Below are positions 54,554 through 63,980 of a DNA stretch of 64,000 bases, in pieces. This DNA is from Desulfitobacterium sp. (GTDB lineage: Bacteria > Bacillota > Desulfitobacteriia > Desulfitobacteriales > Desulfitobacteriaceae), in assembly GCF_034927245.1 (NCBI RefSeq), contig NZ_JAYFQK010000059.1, forward strand, positions 151-64,150, written 5' to 3'. The notes beneath the pieces are model-generated. The model saw only the letters and a program-made list of their open reading frames with translations, made no database searches and was not told the DNA's origin. Position numbers and translations under genes: made by a program. The first letter of the stretch is position 1. Each line of letters begins with the position of its first letter.

Positions 54554-56455
54554 TTAACGGTTAAGGAGAGAGCCGACATACTTCACTATTTCATTGGCAC
54601 AAACAGGACAATAGCCATGCTGATTGATCAAACGATCTGTAACATCATTGATCCGCCGAAGCTGCTCATGATCAGGGTGAGTTATTGAAGTCGTGACTTT
54701 GATGATATCTTTTAAATCGGCAAAAAGTTTTTTCTCAATCGCTTCTTTTAAACGTTCATGTGACGTGTATTGAAAGACCTTCCCTTTGCGGGCATTGGTG
54801 GAAATGCGAATCAGGATTTCCTCTCGAAACGACTTTTTAGCGTTCTCTGATACGCCAATTTGCTCTTCAATACTCCGCATGAGCTGCTCATCAGGATCGA
54901 TTTCCTCCCCTGTAATCGGATCGTAAAGTTTATTTGAATTGCAATAGGCTTCAACATTATCCAGATAGTTATTGAAAAGGGACTTTGCAGACTCTTCATA
55001 GGCATAGACAAAGGCTTTTTGAACTTCTTTTTTGGCAACCTCATCATATTCTTTACGGGCTTGGGCAACAAAATTGATAAGATCCTCGCGTTCTTCCTTG
55101 GTAATTGAAGTGTGCTGTGAGAGGCCGTCCTTTAAGGCCCGTAAAATATCCAAGGCATTGATGCAGGATTTGTGATCTCGAATCAATGCTGTTGAAATAC
55201 GATTGATAACATAACGGGGATCCACACCGCTCATGCCTTCCCCTTGTTCTTCCCCTTCATTTAATAAATCCTTAATATCCTTTTGATTGAACCCTTCGAC
55301 ATCTTCTCCGTCATAAAGCCGCATTTTCTTTACGAGATCCATTCCTTGTTTCTTCGAAGGCTTGAGACGGGAAAGAATACTAAAGACCGATGCTGTCCAT
55401 AGACTGTGTGGTGCAATGTGAACGTCACGCAAATCACTTTGACGAATCAATTTCTCGTAAATCTTAACCTCGGCGCTCACCTTTAAATTATACGGAACCG
55501 GAATAACGATGATCCGAGATTGGAGGGCCTCATTTTTCTTATTCGCAATAAACGATTTATACTCATTCTCATTGGTGTGAGCAATAATAAGCTCATCGGC
55601 AGAAATTAAGGCAAAGCGGCCGGCTTTGAAATTTCCCTCTTGAGATAAGCTGAGTAAATTCCATAAGAATTTCTCGTCGCTCTTGAGCATCTCTTGAAAC
55701 TCCATGAGCCCTCGATTGGCTTTATTTAATTCCCCATCAAACCGATAAGCTCTTGGATCGGATTCAGAACCATATTCCGTAATCGTCGAAAAATCTATGC
55801 TTCCTGTTAGGTCTGCAATATCCTGAGATTTTGGATCAGAGGGGGTAAACGTCCCAATACCGACCCGTTCCTCTTCTGAAAATACAATTCTCTTGATGGG
55901 TACATTTTCAACTTGCCCTTGAAACTCTTCTTCAACGCGCAGACGGCAAACCGGACAAAGATTGCCTTCAATTTTAATCCCATAACGGTGATTAAATTCC
56001 TCTCTTAAGGGAAGCGGTAAAAGGTGCAAGGGATCTTCATGCATTGGGCAGCCATCAATTGCATAAACTTCGCCTTGCTCGGTACGCGTAAATTCCTCCA
56101 ACCCCCTTTTGAGCATTGTTACGATCGTTGATTTTCCACCGCTTACAGGTCCCATGAGAAGAAGAATACGTTTACGTACATCCATTCTTTTCGCGGCAGA
56201 ATGAAAGTACTCTTCAACAAGTCGTTCAAGCGTCTTATCCAGCCCATAAAGTTCTTTGTTAAAAAAAGAGTAGCTCTTTTGACTATTGACTTCTTCAATA
56301 CCGGTCTGCTTAATCATTTCATAGATTCGAGCATGGGAATGCATGGCCAGATGGGGTTTCTGCGTCACCATTTCCAAGTAATCTGCAAAGGTTCCGTTCC
56401 ACGTTAACGCAGCTTCTCTATTCCTATAATTTTTTAACCATTCCATAATTTCCAT
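54554..56455 (-). CDS. prkA: PrkA-family serine protein kinase / AAA+ protein
   Basis: 633 aa with a GPVSGGKS P-loop and the conserved PrkA C-terminal domain. Confidence 0.92.
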   Translation of the reverse strand: MEIMEWLKNYRNREAALTWNGTFADYLEMVTQKPHLAMHSHARIYEMIKQTGIEEVNSQKSYSFFNKELYGLDKTLERLVEEYFHSAAKRMDVRKRILLLMGPVSGGKSTIVTMLKRGLEEFTRTEQGEVYAIDGCPMHEDPLHLLPLPLREEFNHRYGIKIEGNLCPVCRLRVEEEFQGQVENVPIKRIVFSEEERVGIGTFTPSDPKSQDIADLTGSIDFSTITEYGSESDPRAYRFDGELNKANRGLMEFQEMLKSDEKFLWNLLSLSQEGNFKAGRFALISADELIIAHTNENEYKSFIANKKNEALQSRIIVIPVPYNLKVSAEVKIYEKLIRQSDLRDVHIAPHSLWTASVFSILSRLKPSKKQGMDLVKKMRLYDGEDVEGFNQKDIKDLLNEGEEQGEGMSGVDPRYVINRISTALIRDHKSCINALDILRALKDGLSQHTSITKEEREDLINFVAQARKEYDEVAKKEVQKAFVYAYEESAKSLFNNYLDNVEAYCNSNKLYDPITGEEIDPDEQLMRSIEEQIGVSENAKKSFREEILIRISTNARKGKVFQYTSHERLKEAIEKKLFADLKDIIKVTTSITHPDHEQLRRINDVTDRLINQHGYCPVCANEIVKYVGSLLNR

Positions 56456-56587
56456 GATGTCGACCTCCTTCTCTCAGCACACCAAGTTAGCAGATTATTA
56501 AATTATATGCTCAGTTTAAAAGATGAGACATAAGTTGCTGAATTTTAGAATAGTTGAAGAACTACCTTGTGGTTATTCTTATCAAAT

Positions 56588-56624
56588 TAAAAAACCTTTT
56601 AGAATCTCTTCTAAAAGGTTTTTG
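56588..56624. terminator. terminator between the 68-aa ORF and prkA promoter region
   Basis: AACCTTTTAGA-loop-TCTAAAAGGTT hairpin with A-run and T-run flanks. Confidence 0.65.
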
Positions 56625-56653
56625 CTAAAATCACCTATTAAGTTATCGTATCG

Positions 56654-56860
56654 TTAAATTTTTTCTAAATCCGCAAAATCATAGGCATATTCCCCTGATA
56701 CAATATCAAGTACAACGACACAGTACTCTCCCAACTCATCTTTATCAACACGTACAATAGTCCCTAAACGGCAGTTACTCGTCATTACTCTATCTCCTAC
56801 CACAAAACGGTTAGGTTTCCTCATTGACGTTAAACTGTGCTCTTTTGACATTGCTAACAT
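56654..56860 (-). CDS. small hypothetical protein
   Basis: 68 aa from the ATG at 56860, 8 nt after AAGGGCGG. It has an SH3/Tudor-like beta pattern (FVVGDRV...GTIVRV). Confidence 0.4.
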   Translation of the reverse strand: MLAMSKEHSLTSMRKPNRFVVGDRVMTSNCRLGTIVRVDKDELGEYCVVVLDIVSGEYAYDFADLEKI

Positions 56861-57032
56861 TCTCGCCACCGCCCTTATGTGAATGTGAATTTTAGTTCTT
56901 TTATGATTATTATGATATCACACCTTTCGAAATAAGTCTACCCTGAAATTTTAAAAAATTCAAAATATTTTCTACCATTGATTAGGAGCCTGCAAAAATG
57001 CAAGCTCCTCCCCTTTATTCGTGTATTTATAG

Positions 57033-58361
57033 TTAATACATTTGAAGGTATTCATCAATTTCCCAAGGATGAACGGTAACGCTGAACCTTTCCCACTCTT
57101 TCATTTTCGCCTCTATATAGCGGCTATAAATATGAGGGCCCAATGCTTCCTGAATTACCGGATCCTTGGCCAGCTCGTGTAAAGCATCCAAAAGGCTTTC
57201 AGGTAGGGACGCAATACCATGGTTTCTACGTTGTTCGGCACTGAGCTCATAGATGTTAAGATCGACAGAAGCGGGTGGAACCATCCGGTTTTTTATTCCG
57301 TCAAGGCCTGCTTTAAGTTGAACTGCAATAGCAAGATAAGGATTGCTCGAAGGGTCTGGGCTTCTTAATTCTATCCGTGTTGAAGGTCCGCGTTTCGCAG
57401 GAATTCGAATCAGCGGGCTTCTATTTCTTCCTGACCAAGCAATATAACAAGGTGCCTCGTAGCCGGGAACAAGCCTTTTATAGGAATTAATTGTCGGATT
57501 TGTAATGGCTGCGAAAGAGCGAGCGTGATGCAGAAGTCCTGCGATGTAGTGGAACGCTTCCTCCGATAATTGCATATTCCCATTCGGATCGAAAAACGCA
57601 TTTCGTCCGTCCCTAAACAAGGATTGATTGGTATGCATTCCGGAGCCGGCAATCCCAAAAATAGGCTTAGGCATAAAGGTAGCATGCAAACCGTGTCTTT
57701 GGGCAATCGTACGCACTACTAAACGAAAAGTTGCGATTTTATCAGCGATATCCAGCGCATCGGAATACTTAAAATCAATTTCATGTTGACCCGGGGCGAC
57801 TTCATGATGCGAAGCTTCAATTTCAAAACCCATCGATTCTAATGCTAAAACCATATCCCGCCGTGCTTCTTCCCCGCGATCAACAGGCGATATATCAAAG
57901 TACCCCGCTTTATCCTGGGTGATCGTTGTTGCTCGTCCCTCGGCATCAGTTTGGAACAGGAAAAACTCCAGTTCCGGACCGACATTGCAAAGATAGCCCA
58001 TGGATTGAGCCTCGGCAATCACCTTTTTTAAAGTACAGCGCGGGCAGCCCTCAAAGGGTGTATTATCCGCATTATAGACGTCACAAATGAGCCGAGCGAC
58101 TCCCCCATCAGCGGAACGCCAGGGAAAAACAACAAAAGTATTCGGATCCGGGTGTAAATACATATCGGATTCCTCAATCCGGGCGAACCCTTCAATTGAG
58201 GATCCATCGAACATAAGCTCTCCGTCTAGGGCTTTTTCTAATTGCTCAATCGTAATCGCCACATTCTTCAGAACTCCAAAAATATCCGTGAATTGAAGGC
58301 GAATCGATTGAACACCTTTTTCACTCGCTTCGCGTAAGACATCTTCTTTAGTTAAGCTCAT
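57033..58361 (-). CDS. glnA: glutamine synthetase, type I
   Basis: 442 aa; FTDIFG...GSSIEGF...NVGPELEFF...[11 protein letters not shown]...[15 protein letters not shown] motifs. Confidence 0.94.
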   Translation of the reverse strand: MSLTKEDVLREASEKGVQSIRLQFTDIFGVLKNVAITIEQLEKALDGELMFDGSSIEGFARIEESDMYLHPDPNTFVVFPWRSADGGVARLICDVYNADNTPFEGCPRCTLKKVIAEAQSMGYLCNVGPELEFFLFQTDAEGRATTITQDKAGYFDISPVDRGEEARRDMVLALESMGFEIEASHHEVAPGQHEIDFKYSDALDIADKIATFRLVVRTIAQRHGLHATFMPKPIFGIAGSGMHTNQSLFRDGRNAFFDPNGNMQLSEEAFHYIAGLLHHARSFAAITNPTINSYKRLVPGYEAPCYIAWSGRNRSPLIRIPAKRGPSTRIELRSPDPSSNPYLAIAVQLKAGLDGIKNRMVPPASVDLNIYELSAEQRRNHGIASLPESLLDALHELAKDPVIQEALGPHIYSRYIEAKMKEWERFSVTVHPWEIDEYLQMY

Positions 58362-58393
58362 TCAGGCTCACTCCTTTTTCAGTACACAATTAT

Positions 58394-58927
58394 CTAGTAT
58401 TCAATTCCTTTTCGCGCATTGATCCCCTGTTCATAAGGATGTTTGATTTGTACCATTTCCGTTACCAGGTTTGCTTTTTCTATTAAACGTTCGGAGGCAT
58501 TTCTCCCGGTCAAAATCAATTCAACCTGTGCGGGTTTTTCTTCGATGAATTTCAAAACCTCATCTTCCGCAAGTAATTCAAACCAAATCGCATTGATGAT
58601 TTCATCCAATATGAGGATATCCCATTGACCGGAACGCATGATTTCTCGGGCACATCGCAAGGCCTTCTGAGCTTCTTCAATATCTTCTTGTCTTGCCTTT
58701 CCTTTATGTACCCACTGTCCGGTCCCGAAATGTTCGAGACGGCATTCAGGCGCTAAACGTTGGATTCCCGTGAGTTCTCCATAATTATCGGCGCCTTTCA
58801 TAAATTGTATGATATAGACATGAAAACCGTGTCCTACGGCACGGACGGCTAAACCAAGTGCGGCGGTAGTTTTTCCTTTGCTGGGCCCAGTATAGATCTG
58901 GACTAAACCTTGATCAAGTTTCGGCAA
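58394..58927 (-). CDS. cobO: cob(I)yrinic acid a,c-diamide / corrinoid adenosyltransferase (CobO/BtuR type)
   Basis: GLVQIYTGPSKGKTTAALGLAVRAVGHG...IIQFMKG...ILDEI motifs. The TTG start abuts the upstream stop (TAATTG). Confidence 0.88.
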   Translation of the reverse strand: MPKLDQGLVQIYTGPSKGKTTAALGLAVRAVGHGFHVYIIQFMKGADNYGELTGIQRLAPECRLEHFGTGQWVHKGKARQEDIEEAQKALRCAREIMRSGQWDILILDEIINAIWFELLAEDEVLKFIEEKPAQVELILTGRNASERLIEKANLVTEMVQIKHPYEQGINARKGIEY

Positions 58928-59458
58928 TTATTCCACCTTCTTTACCCATTTTTCAAGTTGAGGATGGATATAGGCAACTTGAGGAGAGAGAAGCAATTCC
59001 GGATATTTTTCAACAGCTTGTCTTGTAAAAGCAATAGAAAAAAAGAGCTTTATCCCTGATTTTTCATCTTTTGCTCTTAATTCGACTTTATCCGGATAAA
59101 AATAATAGGAATAATCATCATCACGCCAAGAGACTTCCAACTCTCCGAACTTTATCTTGATTATTCCAAATTGCTCGATATTTATCCCACGAATACTTGA
59201 AAAACCCTGACTCAATTGTCCCACTTCCAAAGCAACCTGGCCGGTTATGAGTTGGATACTCATCAAATGCTCAACAACGAGCCGAGCCGGAAGGGAAATT
59301 TCCTCAAGAATTCTTCTATGATTACGAATTTCTTCCGCCCAGTACTCTAATTTGAGTCGATGAATCGAGCGTACCGGCTGAATCTTTTTCAGTGATTTCT
59401 CTAACGCAAGGTAAATATCATCTAAACACTCAAGCACCAAAAAATCATCTTGGTTCAT
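58928..59458 (-). CDS. hypothetical protein
   Basis: 176 aa with a GGGAGGGGG RBS and no family I recognise. It appears translationally coupled to cobO. Confidence 0.5.
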   Translation of the reverse strand: MNQDDFLVLECLDDIYLALEKSLKKIQPVRSIHRLKLEYWAEEIRNHRRILEEISLPARLVVEHLMSIQLITGQVALEVGQLSQGFSSIRGINIEQFGIIKIKFGELEVSWRDDDYSYYFYPDKVELRAKDEKSGIKLFFSIAFTRQAVEKYPELLLSPQVAYIHPQLEKWVKKVE

Positions 59459-59582
59459 GCTCAGGCCCCCTCCCTTATCTCTCCTTCTAAAGTCCTCCCA
59501 ACCCCATTCGCTTATTTTCTATTTTACATGAAATTATTGCTAATTCATAGACTATCACTAAATGTTGTCCTCATGCATAGTC

Positions 59583-60842
59583 TCATTTTTTACGGATTTT
59601 CCTCGAAAGGCGTTGAATGGCTTGCTCAATTGTTAATGTTTCAATTCCGAGATCCTGAGCAATTTTTAAAGACTGCCAATAATATTGGAGGGCATTTATA
59701 TTGCTTCGTTGATTTTCGAAATACTCGGCTAAACGTTGATACGTACTTAGAGAAATACCATAATGATCTTGAAGGCACGATTGCGCCTTTGCATGGCAGA
59801 CTTGTGCCTCTTTCATATCCCCGACCTTTTCCAAGCACAAGGCCATTTTCTCATACGTTTCTCCTAACTTTTGCTGTTCCCCATATTTCTCAAAAATTGC
59901 TGCAGCCTTTTTAAAATCTGCATACGCTGCTCGATAGTCTTTCATGCGGACTTGAAGCTGACCTAAATATTGATAGCGAATCCCCAGCCCCAAGTCCTCG
60001 CGATGATCAACTTGGATCGATAGTTTTAGGTAATAAACAGCCTCCCCGAGTTCTTTTAAATCTTCCAATATCTTTGCTATAAAATAGGCACTTTCTGAGG
60101 CATCTTTCCATTGCTGATGCCGCAAATAGAGAACAAGAACACGTTGCCACGATTCTCGGGCATATACCAATTTTCCTTCTTCAAAATTGATAAAAGCCAT
60201 ATATTGGATCGCGTTAACCAAAGACTCTTCGTCATTTATTTCTACAAATGTTCTGCACGCCCTAAGCAATTTCGTGCGAGCATCCTGAACTCTGTTTTGA
60301 CGGTATAGAACTTCTGCAAGAAGGATATTTAGTTCTCCTTCTCCTTTTAGGTAACCATAGCTATGACACAATTCTTTCGCCTTCTCAAATGCGGATTGGG
60401 CCTTGTCCCAATTCTCAACCATGGTATAAACTTGCCCTAAGTCACTCAATAACATGCTCAACCGCAGACGGGGTGAAGTCACTGGGTACACTTCGATCGC
60501 TTGTTCATACCAAGAGGCTGCCTCCTCCATTTTATCTTGGACTTCAGCTACGCTGGCTAATCCGGCCATGGCTTCAGACATGCCCTTGTAGTTTTGGAGC
60601 CTTTGACATATTTTTAAGGCTTCCTTAAATCCTCGTTTAGCCTGCACCACTTTTCCTTGTTTAATTCGAGATGTAGAAAGCAAGCGGAGATTAAATGCAA
60701 AGATTACGGGTTCAGATAATCGTTTAGCCAGCTTTAAGCTTTGAAGATAAAACATTTCAGCTTCGGTATATTGGCCTTTACCTAAAAAGGCTGTTCCCTT
60801 TTCCATGAGCACATGCCAATCTCTTATAATATCATCATCCAT
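59583..60842 (-). CDS. TPR-repeat protein
   Basis: 419 aa, TPR-like repeats essentially end to end. Confidence 0.7.
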   Translation of the reverse strand: MDDDIIRDWHVLMEKGTAFLGKGQYTEAEMFYLQSLKLAKRLSEPVIFAFNLRLLSTSRIKQGKVVQAKRGFKEALKICQRLQNYKGMSEAMAGLASVAEVQDKMEEAASWYEQAIEVYPVTSPRLRLSMLLSDLGQVYTMVENWDKAQSAFEKAKELCHSYGYLKGEGELNILLAEVLYRQNRVQDARTKLLRACRTFVEINDEESLVNAIQYMAFINFEEGKLVYARESWQRVLVLYLRHQQWKDASESAYFIAKILEDLKELGEAVYYLKLSIQVDHREDLGLGIRYQYLGQLQVRMKDYRAAYADFKKAAAIFEKYGEQQKLGETYEKMALCLEKVGDMKEAQVCHAKAQSCLQDHYGISLSTYQRLAEYFENQRSNINALQYYWQSLKIAQDLGIETLTIEQAIQRLSRKIRKK

Positions 60843-60895
60843 AATATCCCCTCCGCGTTTGCTCCATCATATGCGCAAGGGTGATTTTTGGCGCG

Positions 60896-60972
60896 AACCG
60901 ATAAAGAAAACCTGGCTTCGCCGTGCCTTTTAAACACGCATCGAGAAAGGCGAAGTCGTTGGTTGCACTTAT
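60896..60972 (+). repeat. conserved hairpin-forming intergenic element, copy A
   Basis: AACCGATAAAGAAAACCTGGCTTCGCCGTGCCTTT[15 nt]AAAGGCGAAGTCGTTGGTTGCACTTAT. By hand alignment 44 of 50 alignable positions are identical to copy B. Confidence 0.8.
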
Positions 60973-61104
60973 GCCGGAAGAAAGTATGCAACGAAGTTAT
61001 CTTTCTGACGGTAAAATTAAAAAGCATCGCTCAAGCAATGTTTTTATTTTATGCTCATGTTCAATATTCCTTCTGAATATCTTTTATATGAAGGAGGGAT
61101 TTGG

Positions 61105-61899
61105 ATGCGTTTTATAATTTTTAAAAAGCCATCCTGGAGAAATGTCATCCTTTGGGGCATTTTTCTCGTCGTATTAGTTACCTATCGTGATAATGTTATA
61201 TCCGTTTTCTCCGGTAAACTCAAACCAATCTATTCGGCGCAAGTTACGACTCAACAGATTGGACTCACATTTGATATCAGCTGGGGTGAACAAACGGCAG
61301 AACCCATACTCGATATTCTTAAAGAAAAGGGAATCCGGGCGACCTTCTTTTTATCAAGCCCTTGGGCAAGTAAGCATGAGGATCTCATAAAACGAATGGT
61401 TGCTGATGGACACGAAATTGCTTCCCATGGGAATCGGCATGTAGACTTGAATACACTTAGTCCGGGAGAATTGGAAAAAGAGATTCTAACTTCCCAAGAA
61501 GTCTTGGAGCGAATATCCGGTCAGAAAATTTCCCTATTAAGGCCGCCTAATGGAGCCTACGATAATAAAGTCATCGGTGTTTCTCAAAAGCTTGGGTATC
61601 GAGTAATCCAATGGAGCGTCGATTCCTTAGACTGGAAGCGGCCCGGTCCCGAAGCTGTGATCAACAATGTTATGAATGGTATTCGCAACGGTCACGGTGC
61701 CCAACCGGGTGATATCATTTTATTCCACGCTTCAGACTCCGCTCCCGATACCATCAAAGCCCTTCCCGTCGTGATCGATCGATTAAAAAGCAAGAATTAT
61801 GAGCTTGTTCCCGTGAGCGAGTTATTAAAGAATGCTTCAACCACTTGGCCTCCGGAAAGCAATCTTACTTCCCCGGAAAAAACACCTGTTCAGCAGTAA
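61105..61899 (+). CDS. polysaccharide deacetylase family sporulation protein (PdaB-like)
   Basis: ATG at 61105 follows GAAGGAGGGA. N-terminal TM helix, then an NodB domain (LTFDISWGE...ATFF...GHEIASHGNRH...RPPNG). Confidence 0.85.
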   Translation: MRFIIFKKPSWRNVILWGIFLVVLVTYRDNVISVFSGKLKPIYSAQVTTQQIGLTFDISWGEQTAEPILDILKEKGIRATFFLSSPWASKHEDLIKRMVADGHEIASHGNRHVDLNTLSPGELEKEILTSQEVLERISGQKISLLRPPNGAYDNKVIGVSQKLGYRVIQWSVDSLDWKRPGPEAVINNVMNGIRNGHGAQPGDIILFHASDSAPDTIKALPVVIDRLKSKNYELVPVSELLKNASTTWPPESNLTSPEKTPVQQ

Positions 61900-61933
61900 A
61901 GGGAACTTACGTTTAGTTGACTTATCCGAAGAC

Positions 61934-62926
61934 CTAGTATTTTTGAAGTACTTTTTCCGCAGCCAACCGTTCGTTTAATTGTGTTAACGCTTGATTTGCA
62001 TCTTTAGAGACAGCCGGGGAAAGCTCCCCTTTCAAAGCTTCCTCCAATAAGGCTTGGGCTGCTTTCCATTCTCCTTTTTGGTATTTCTGCACACCCAGCA
62101 AATACGTCCGGTAAAACTTTCCTTTACTTGATTGATTCAGTTTTTCCAAAACGTCTTCCCACTGCGCGCTTTGTCCTAAAGTTAAATACAACAATCCTTT
62201 TTTAGTCTGTAAATCCAGATTATCGTCATTTCCCGGCCATTGTTCCATTTGAAGCAAGAGGTCTTCTGCTTCACTCCACTCTGCTTTGACTAACGCCAGA
62301 TCAAATTCTTCCTCAATGACTAAGGGATGAGCAGGGGCCAATTCTTTGGCTTTCTTCCATTCACTTTCCGCCCCCTGCTCATCTCCTTGCGCAAGCAAAC
62401 AACGGCTAACCGCTAATCTTCTTGAGACCTTTTCCTCCTTGGTCATCTTAAGTTCGGAAACCGCATTAAGGTTGTTCAAAGCGCTTTCGTATTCTCCCTG
62501 TACCATATCGATTAAGCCCTGGGCCAAAGATCGAGTCGTAGCCGATGAGATCGTAGGAAGAATTTGAGTTGCTTCCGTCAGTTGTCCATTTTTCAGTTTT
62601 AGTTGAAGTAGCCAGAAACGATGTTTATCATCCTTATGTTCCAGAAGGTCTTCATCTGCTGCTGTTTCACCTTGATTTAAGGACAACCAAAGGGCACTGT
62701 CCTCAACAAGGGGAATTCTTTCCAGCCACGGTGCTTTCTTTTCAACCCATGTCATTTCATCAGCCATTTTAGTCATATCGAAGGAATCCTTGGCAAAACG
62801 GATTTGAAATACATGCCAAAGCGGCTGAGCGAGTAGAATCACTAAAGCCAATGTCGCTAAAAATAATATTATCTTAACTCTGTTTCTGAACCTGAACCTG
62901 CTCTTTCGCTTCTTTTTTCTTCTCAC
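61934..62926 (-). CDS. membrane-anchored TPR-like protein
   Basis: Basic N-terminus, one TM helix, then helical-repeat sequence. Confidence 0.6.
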   Translation of the reverse strand: MRRKKKRKSRFRFRNRVKIILFLATLALVILLAQPLWHVFQIRFAKDSFDMTKMADEMTWVEKKAPWLERIPLVEDSALWLSLNQGETAADEDLLEHKDDKHRFWLLQLKLKNGQLTEATQILPTISSATTRSLAQGLIDMVQGEYESALNNLNAVSELKMTKEEKVSRRLAVSRCLLAQGDEQGAESEWKKAKELAPAHPLVIEEEFDLALVKAEWSEAEDLLLQMEQWPGNDDNLDLQTKKGLLYLTLGQSAQWEDVLEKLNQSSKGKFYRTYLLGVQKYQKGEWKAAQALLEEALKGELSPAVSKDANQALTQLNERLAAEKVLQKY

Positions 62927-62958
62927 GGCACTTACCTTCCACCCTCAATAATCTTATC

Positions 62959-63837
62959 TCAATGACCTTTCCAAGAGGAAAACCCTTCACCAACGACCTC
63001 CGGAACTTCCGAAATAGCTAAAAAAGCCTTCTGATCCCGTCTATGTATTATCTCCTTGATTTGAGAAAGCTGTGTCCTAGATATGATGCAATAAATAACA
63101 TCCTTATCTTCCCCGGAATAGGCACCTGATGCCTTGAAAAGGGTTACTCCACGATCCAACTTTTCCATGATATCTTGAGCAATCGCTTGAGGCTGTTCCG
63201 TAATAACGATCACACTCTTAAGATGATTCATCCCTTCCTGAACCAGATCGATAACCTTAGTCGCTATAAACATATAGATCACTGCATACATAGCCATCTC
63301 AGGGCGGAAAAGAATCGCTGCTATTAGAAAAATCACAGCATCAATCCCCAGTAGGATCTGGCCGACACTAAATGACGTTGTCCTGCTGAAAAAAACGGCA
63401 AGAATATCCGTTCCGCCAAGTGACCCCCGTGAACGAAAAATAAACCCCATCCCGATCCCCGAAATAACCCCGCCAAAAATTGCGGCGAGGAGAGCGTCAT
63501 TTGTCAAGCACGGGATATTTCCCGTTATATCTAAAGCTAAGGATAGCGCAGATACCCCAAAAATACTATAGAGGAGAAAGGAACGTCCGACCAATTTCCA
63601 GCCGATGATAAAAAGAGGAATGTTTAAAAGAAACACCGTTATACTGATTGGCCAGTTAAAAAGATAATGAAGAATGATCGCAATACCGGTCACCCCTCCA
63701 TCTGCTATCTTATTGGGAATAATAAGCGAATTGATGCTCAAAGCAACGATAACTGCACCTATAAATATCCCTAGCACTCTCTTCAGTATCATTAATGCGA
63801 AGCGGCTCCGGTTATGTTTCACTTTTTCTATTTCCAC
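62959..63837 (-). CDS. YitT-family membrane protein (DUF2179 C-terminal domain)
   Basis: IIPNKIADGGVTGIAII..., five TM helices and a C-terminal soluble DUF2179-like domain. Confidence 0.88.
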   Translation of the reverse strand: MEIEKVKHNRSRFALMILKRVLGIFIGAVIVALSINSLIIPNKIADGGVTGIAIILHYLFNWPISITVFLLNIPLFIIGWKLVGRSFLLYSIFGVSALSLALDITGNIPCLTNDALLAAIFGGVISGIGMGFIFRSRGSLGGTDILAVFFSRTTSFSVGQILLGIDAVIFLIAAILFRPEMAMYAVIYMFIATKVIDLVQEGMNHLKSVIVITEQPQAIAQDIMEKLDRGVTLFKASGAYSGEDKDVIYCIISRTQLSQIKEIIHRRDQKAFLAISEVPEVVGEGFSSWKGH

Positions 63838-63915
63838 AATGCTCCATCCCTATCTAAATATGATGACCTCGTGAAATCTTAACAATCTCTATAAGCAAAC
63901 CAATTATACAAATTA

Positions 63916-63980
63916 TACAAATATAGAAAACCCGGCTTCGCCGAGCCTTAAGCGAAGGCAATGCCGCTGGTTGCACTTAT
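63916..63980 (+). repeat. conserved hairpin-forming intergenic element, copy B
   Basis: ATATAGAAAACCCGGCTTCGCCGAGCCTT[AAGCG]AAGGCAATGCCGCTGGTTGCACTTAT. It is followed at 63987-64000 by AACCGATAAAAACC, which resembles the 5' flank of copy A. Confidence 0.8.

Noticed and set aside
59450-59914. 154-aa plus-strand ORF
   Set aside because: It lies largely antisense to the 3' end of the TPR gene (only its first ~130 nt fall in the intergenic gap and the start of the hypothetical gene). Its composition is low-complexity and hydrophobic, with no RBS or recognisable domain.
60960-60976. Sigma-54 -24/-12-like spacing in copy A (TGGTTGCACTTATGC)
   Set aside because: The -24 box is poor (TGGTTG vs TGGCAC). 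In copy B the -12 GC is replaced by AC while the rest is conserved, so the conserved feature is not a sigma-54 promoter.
61051-61104. Longer start (61051) for the deacetylase ORF
   Set aside because: The ATG at 61105 is preceded by a strong GAAGGAGGGA RBS and begins the basic-plus-TM N-terminus. The upstream extension has no RBS.
60888-61117. Two overlapping plus-strand ORFs (62 and 64 aa) across the TPR/deacetylase intergenic region
   Set aside because: They have no convincing RBS and they overlap each other. The conserved part coincides with the hairpin element whose second copy has a 12-nt (non-protein-like) loop deletion, so the conservation is better explained at the nucleic-acid level.
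60896-63980. The two direct repeats as attL/attR of an integrated mobile element
   Set aside because: The enclosed 3 kb carries only a deacetylase, a TPR-like protein and a YitT-family gene. There is no integrase, transposase or phage gene and no visible compositional shift.
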